A stretch of 63,780 nt of DNA, counting the filler, from Octopus bimaculoides (Eukaryota): NCBI RefSeq assembly GCF_001194135.2. It is 8 parts of 8 records of this genome, joined end to end, with 100 filler letters (N's around TTAATTAATTAA, not from the genome) between each part and the next. Parts side by side here need not be neighbours in the genome. Positions count along the whole stretch, not along the records: positions 58,425 to 61,259 come from NW_026430646.1; positions 61,360 to 63,780 come from NC_069006.1; 6 more parts are not named here. One strand, written 5' to 3'. Positions 61,021 to 63,780 of this stretch are shown here, in pieces (within the stretch, counting starts at the first letter, position 1; the number at the start of each line of letters is the position of its first letter). The translations under genes and the position numbers were made by a program. The notes beneath the pieces were generated by a model, which searched no databases, had not been told where the DNA came from, and worked only from the letters and a program-made list of their open reading frames with translations.

Positions 61021-61359
61021 TTATTATCTCTCATTTATACACACACACACACACACGCACAAGCACACACACACACAAACACACATATACATACTCTCTC
61101 TCTCACACACAGACACACAAACACACACACCCACACACACAGAAACGGCTAGGCTACGGGACGTAAACACAGCAACATCGGTTGTCGGGCGACGATTGGG
61201 TATAAACGTAGACAAAAACACAATCACACACACACGTATCTACATTTATATATATATGTNNNNNNNNNNNNNNNNNNNNNNNNNNNNNNNNNNNNNNNNN
61301 NNNTTAATTAATTAANNNNNNNNNNNNNNNNNNNNNNNNNNNNNNNNNNNNNNNNNNNN

Positions 61360-61391
<32 letters not shown>

Positions 61392-61585
61392 ATTTAACAA
61401 ACTAAGGAAAGAAATTCCTTCAGAGGGGTGTGTGAAACATCCAGTTCAATGGTACGTCAGTTGAATACCATATAAATATGGGTATAATGCAAATTACAAA
61501 GATAAAATTAATTAGAGATATACAATTGACGATCCAATAATCTATTTATATTATAATATGCTATGAATATGATATGACATAAACA

Positions 61586-61985
61586 AGCTGGCGGAATCGT
61601 TAGCATGTCGGGCGAAATGCTTAACGGCATTTCGTCTGTTTTTACGTTATGAGTTCAAATTCCGCCGAGGTCGACTTTGCCTTTCATCAGTTTCGGGCTC
61701 GATTGAATAAGTACAAGCCAAGCAGAAGGGTCGATGTAATCGACATGTCCCCTTCCACGAAATGACTGGCATTGAGCCAAAATTTGAAACCAATATTTTA
61801 AATTTTTAAACCGTTAAACTGGCAGATGTTTTAGTACGCCGGACAAAATATTTCGTGACATTTCGTCTGTCATTTCCTTCTGAGTTCAAATCCGCCGAAG
61901 TTGACTTTGCTTTTCGTTCTTTTCGAGGTCGATAAAAAAAGTACCAGTTGCGAACTGGGGATCGATGTCGTTGACTTACCCTATA
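61586..61985 (+). mobile_element. Two tandem SINE family A copies (61586-61793, 61817-61985)
   Basis: Homologous to 50808-51022. Confidence 0.85.
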
Positions 61986-62541
61986 TTCGAAATAGTACAA
62001 ACTGGTTATTCTTAATTAACTCTTCTGATTTACCGAATACAGAAAGACACATTTTCTGATTTGATGGCTTCTTAAACAACAAAAATAACAACCACAAAGA
62101 AACAAACAGCTGCAAAAACACAAATAAACAGCAGCAACAGTTGCAGCAGATGCATGTGACTACGATACTAGTCATCACCTTAACAATCAACCATCAAATA
62201 ACAAACAACAGCAGATGCAGCTAGGGCCTCCAAAAAGCGACCATCATATTAAAATGGCGATCACACCTGCTATGTTGCTTCTCACTTTCCACACGCTCAG
62301 ATACCTATGTACGATAAGACACATGTACACATGTAAAGTATATATACGAAGGCGCTGAAACTAACCTAGTACGCGCACGCGCGCACACACACACATTTAT
62401 AACGTGTGTGTATGTGTGAATATGCGCGTGCGTCAGTGTGATGTAAGTATGGCGGCACTTAGATTATCATTCTTATTTCCTCTCTCCTTATGCTTATGTA
62501 CAAATATATATATGTGTTTAAACCATTCCGTATATACATAC

Positions 62542-62573
<32 letters not shown>

Positions 62574-62615
62574 CTGTGTGTGTGTTTGTGTGTGTATAGA
62601 TACATAAATATATAC

Positions 62616-62670
<55 letters not shown>

Positions 62671-63033
62671 NNNNNNNNNNNNNNNNNNNNNNNNNNNNNN
62701 NNNNNNNNNNNNNNNNNNNNNNNNNNNNNNNNNNNNNNNNNNNNNNNNNNNNNNNNNNNNNNNNNNNNNNNNNNNNNNNNNNNNNNNNNNNNNNNNNNNN
62801 NNNNNNNNNNNNNNNNNNNNNNNNNNNNNNNNNNNNNNNNNNNNNNNNNNNNNNNNNNNNNNNNNNNNNNNNNNNNNNNNNNNNNNNNNNNNNNNNNNNN
62901 NNNNNNNNNNNNNNNNNNNNNNNNNNNNNNNNNNNNNNNNNNNNNNNNNNNNNNNNNNNNNNNNNNNNNNNNNNNNNNNNNNNNNNNNNNNNNNNNNNNN
63001 NNNNNNNNNNNNNNNNNNNNNNNNNNNNNNNNN

Positions 63034-63074
<41 letters not shown>

Positions 63075-63780
63075 TATATAGACTAAACACTGTTTGCATA
63101 GAGTAAACGTAAACAGGCAGATATGATGGGCATTTTAATACTATGATGACATATTTGAAAGTGCATACAAGCATAAACACTAATATACATGCATACAAAT
63201 GTAACATATATATATATATTATATATGCATACATACATACAGATATATATATGTATATGTCTAAATATGTATGTATCTGTATAGGTTTCTTTGTATGTAT
63301 ATATGCATTATAGAACCAGGCGGTTGGCCCGTTACGTTTGGAATTCAGACACAAAAATTAATACAAGATTCTTCCGCATGTGTTGGCAATGCATGTGTGA
63401 AAGTAAGTGGAAAAGGATCCCTGGTCGCTACCACACATTTGACTACGAGTTCTGTCACTTTGCCTAATTATACCTTCAGGGCCAATAACCAGGCTTTGCA
63501 AGACGGCAGGAGTCGCTACTGCGGAAAAATAAACGGTTAAAATTTCACACAGGAAGAAACACACTGAGCAATGTATATACATTGGATATGCATATAGAAT
63601 GCAACACATATTCAGGAGTTGTATTTTTCTCTCTGTCCTTTTCTTTCTCCCAATGTAAAAATGTAGATATGTGTGAGTGAGAGTGTGTATGTATTTTTAT
63701 ATGTATCGATGTGATTATTATTTGTATATACTGTATAATTGTATTTATTTCTCCATATATATATATATATATATATATAT

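Overview
AT-rich, microsatellite-dense animal genomic DNA with many N gaps. It is most likely a draft Octopus (coleoid cephalopod) assembly; this is inferred from the molluscan-type paramyosin and the SINE families, not checked against a database. The only host gene I can support is paramyosin on the minus strand. Nine GT-AG exons between 13923 and 4989 splice in frame, with consistent intron phases, into 615 aa of coiled-coil rod ending in the molluscan tail ...RRSRSMSVSREITRVVRI*. The expected N-terminal ~250 aa are not visible in the ~50 kb upstream. The rest is intronic/intergenic DNA with decayed transposons (R4/Dong-like, CRE-like and APE-type LINEs, Penelope-like, mariner, Tc1, hAT, Helitron-like, several tRNA-derived SINE families), simple repeats and a 3.3-kb CpG-dense satellite. 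Most notable observations: (i) retroelements stacked in (TAA)n tracts, including a non-coding 550-bp element; (ii) a triplicated exon/intron boundary leaving decoy 5' splice sites; (iii) a duplicated donor-bearing module that could supply an alternative start (mini-paramyosin hypothesis); (iv) a perfect 45-bp hairpin and several long inverted repeats; (v) hammerhead-like cores beside Penelope remnants; (vi) a clustered M-CAT/TEAD motif array. Exon coordinates were counted by hand to the base; repeat boundaries are approximate. I found no CRISPR, rRNA or true tRNA gene, and no clearly new biological system is proven by sequence alone.
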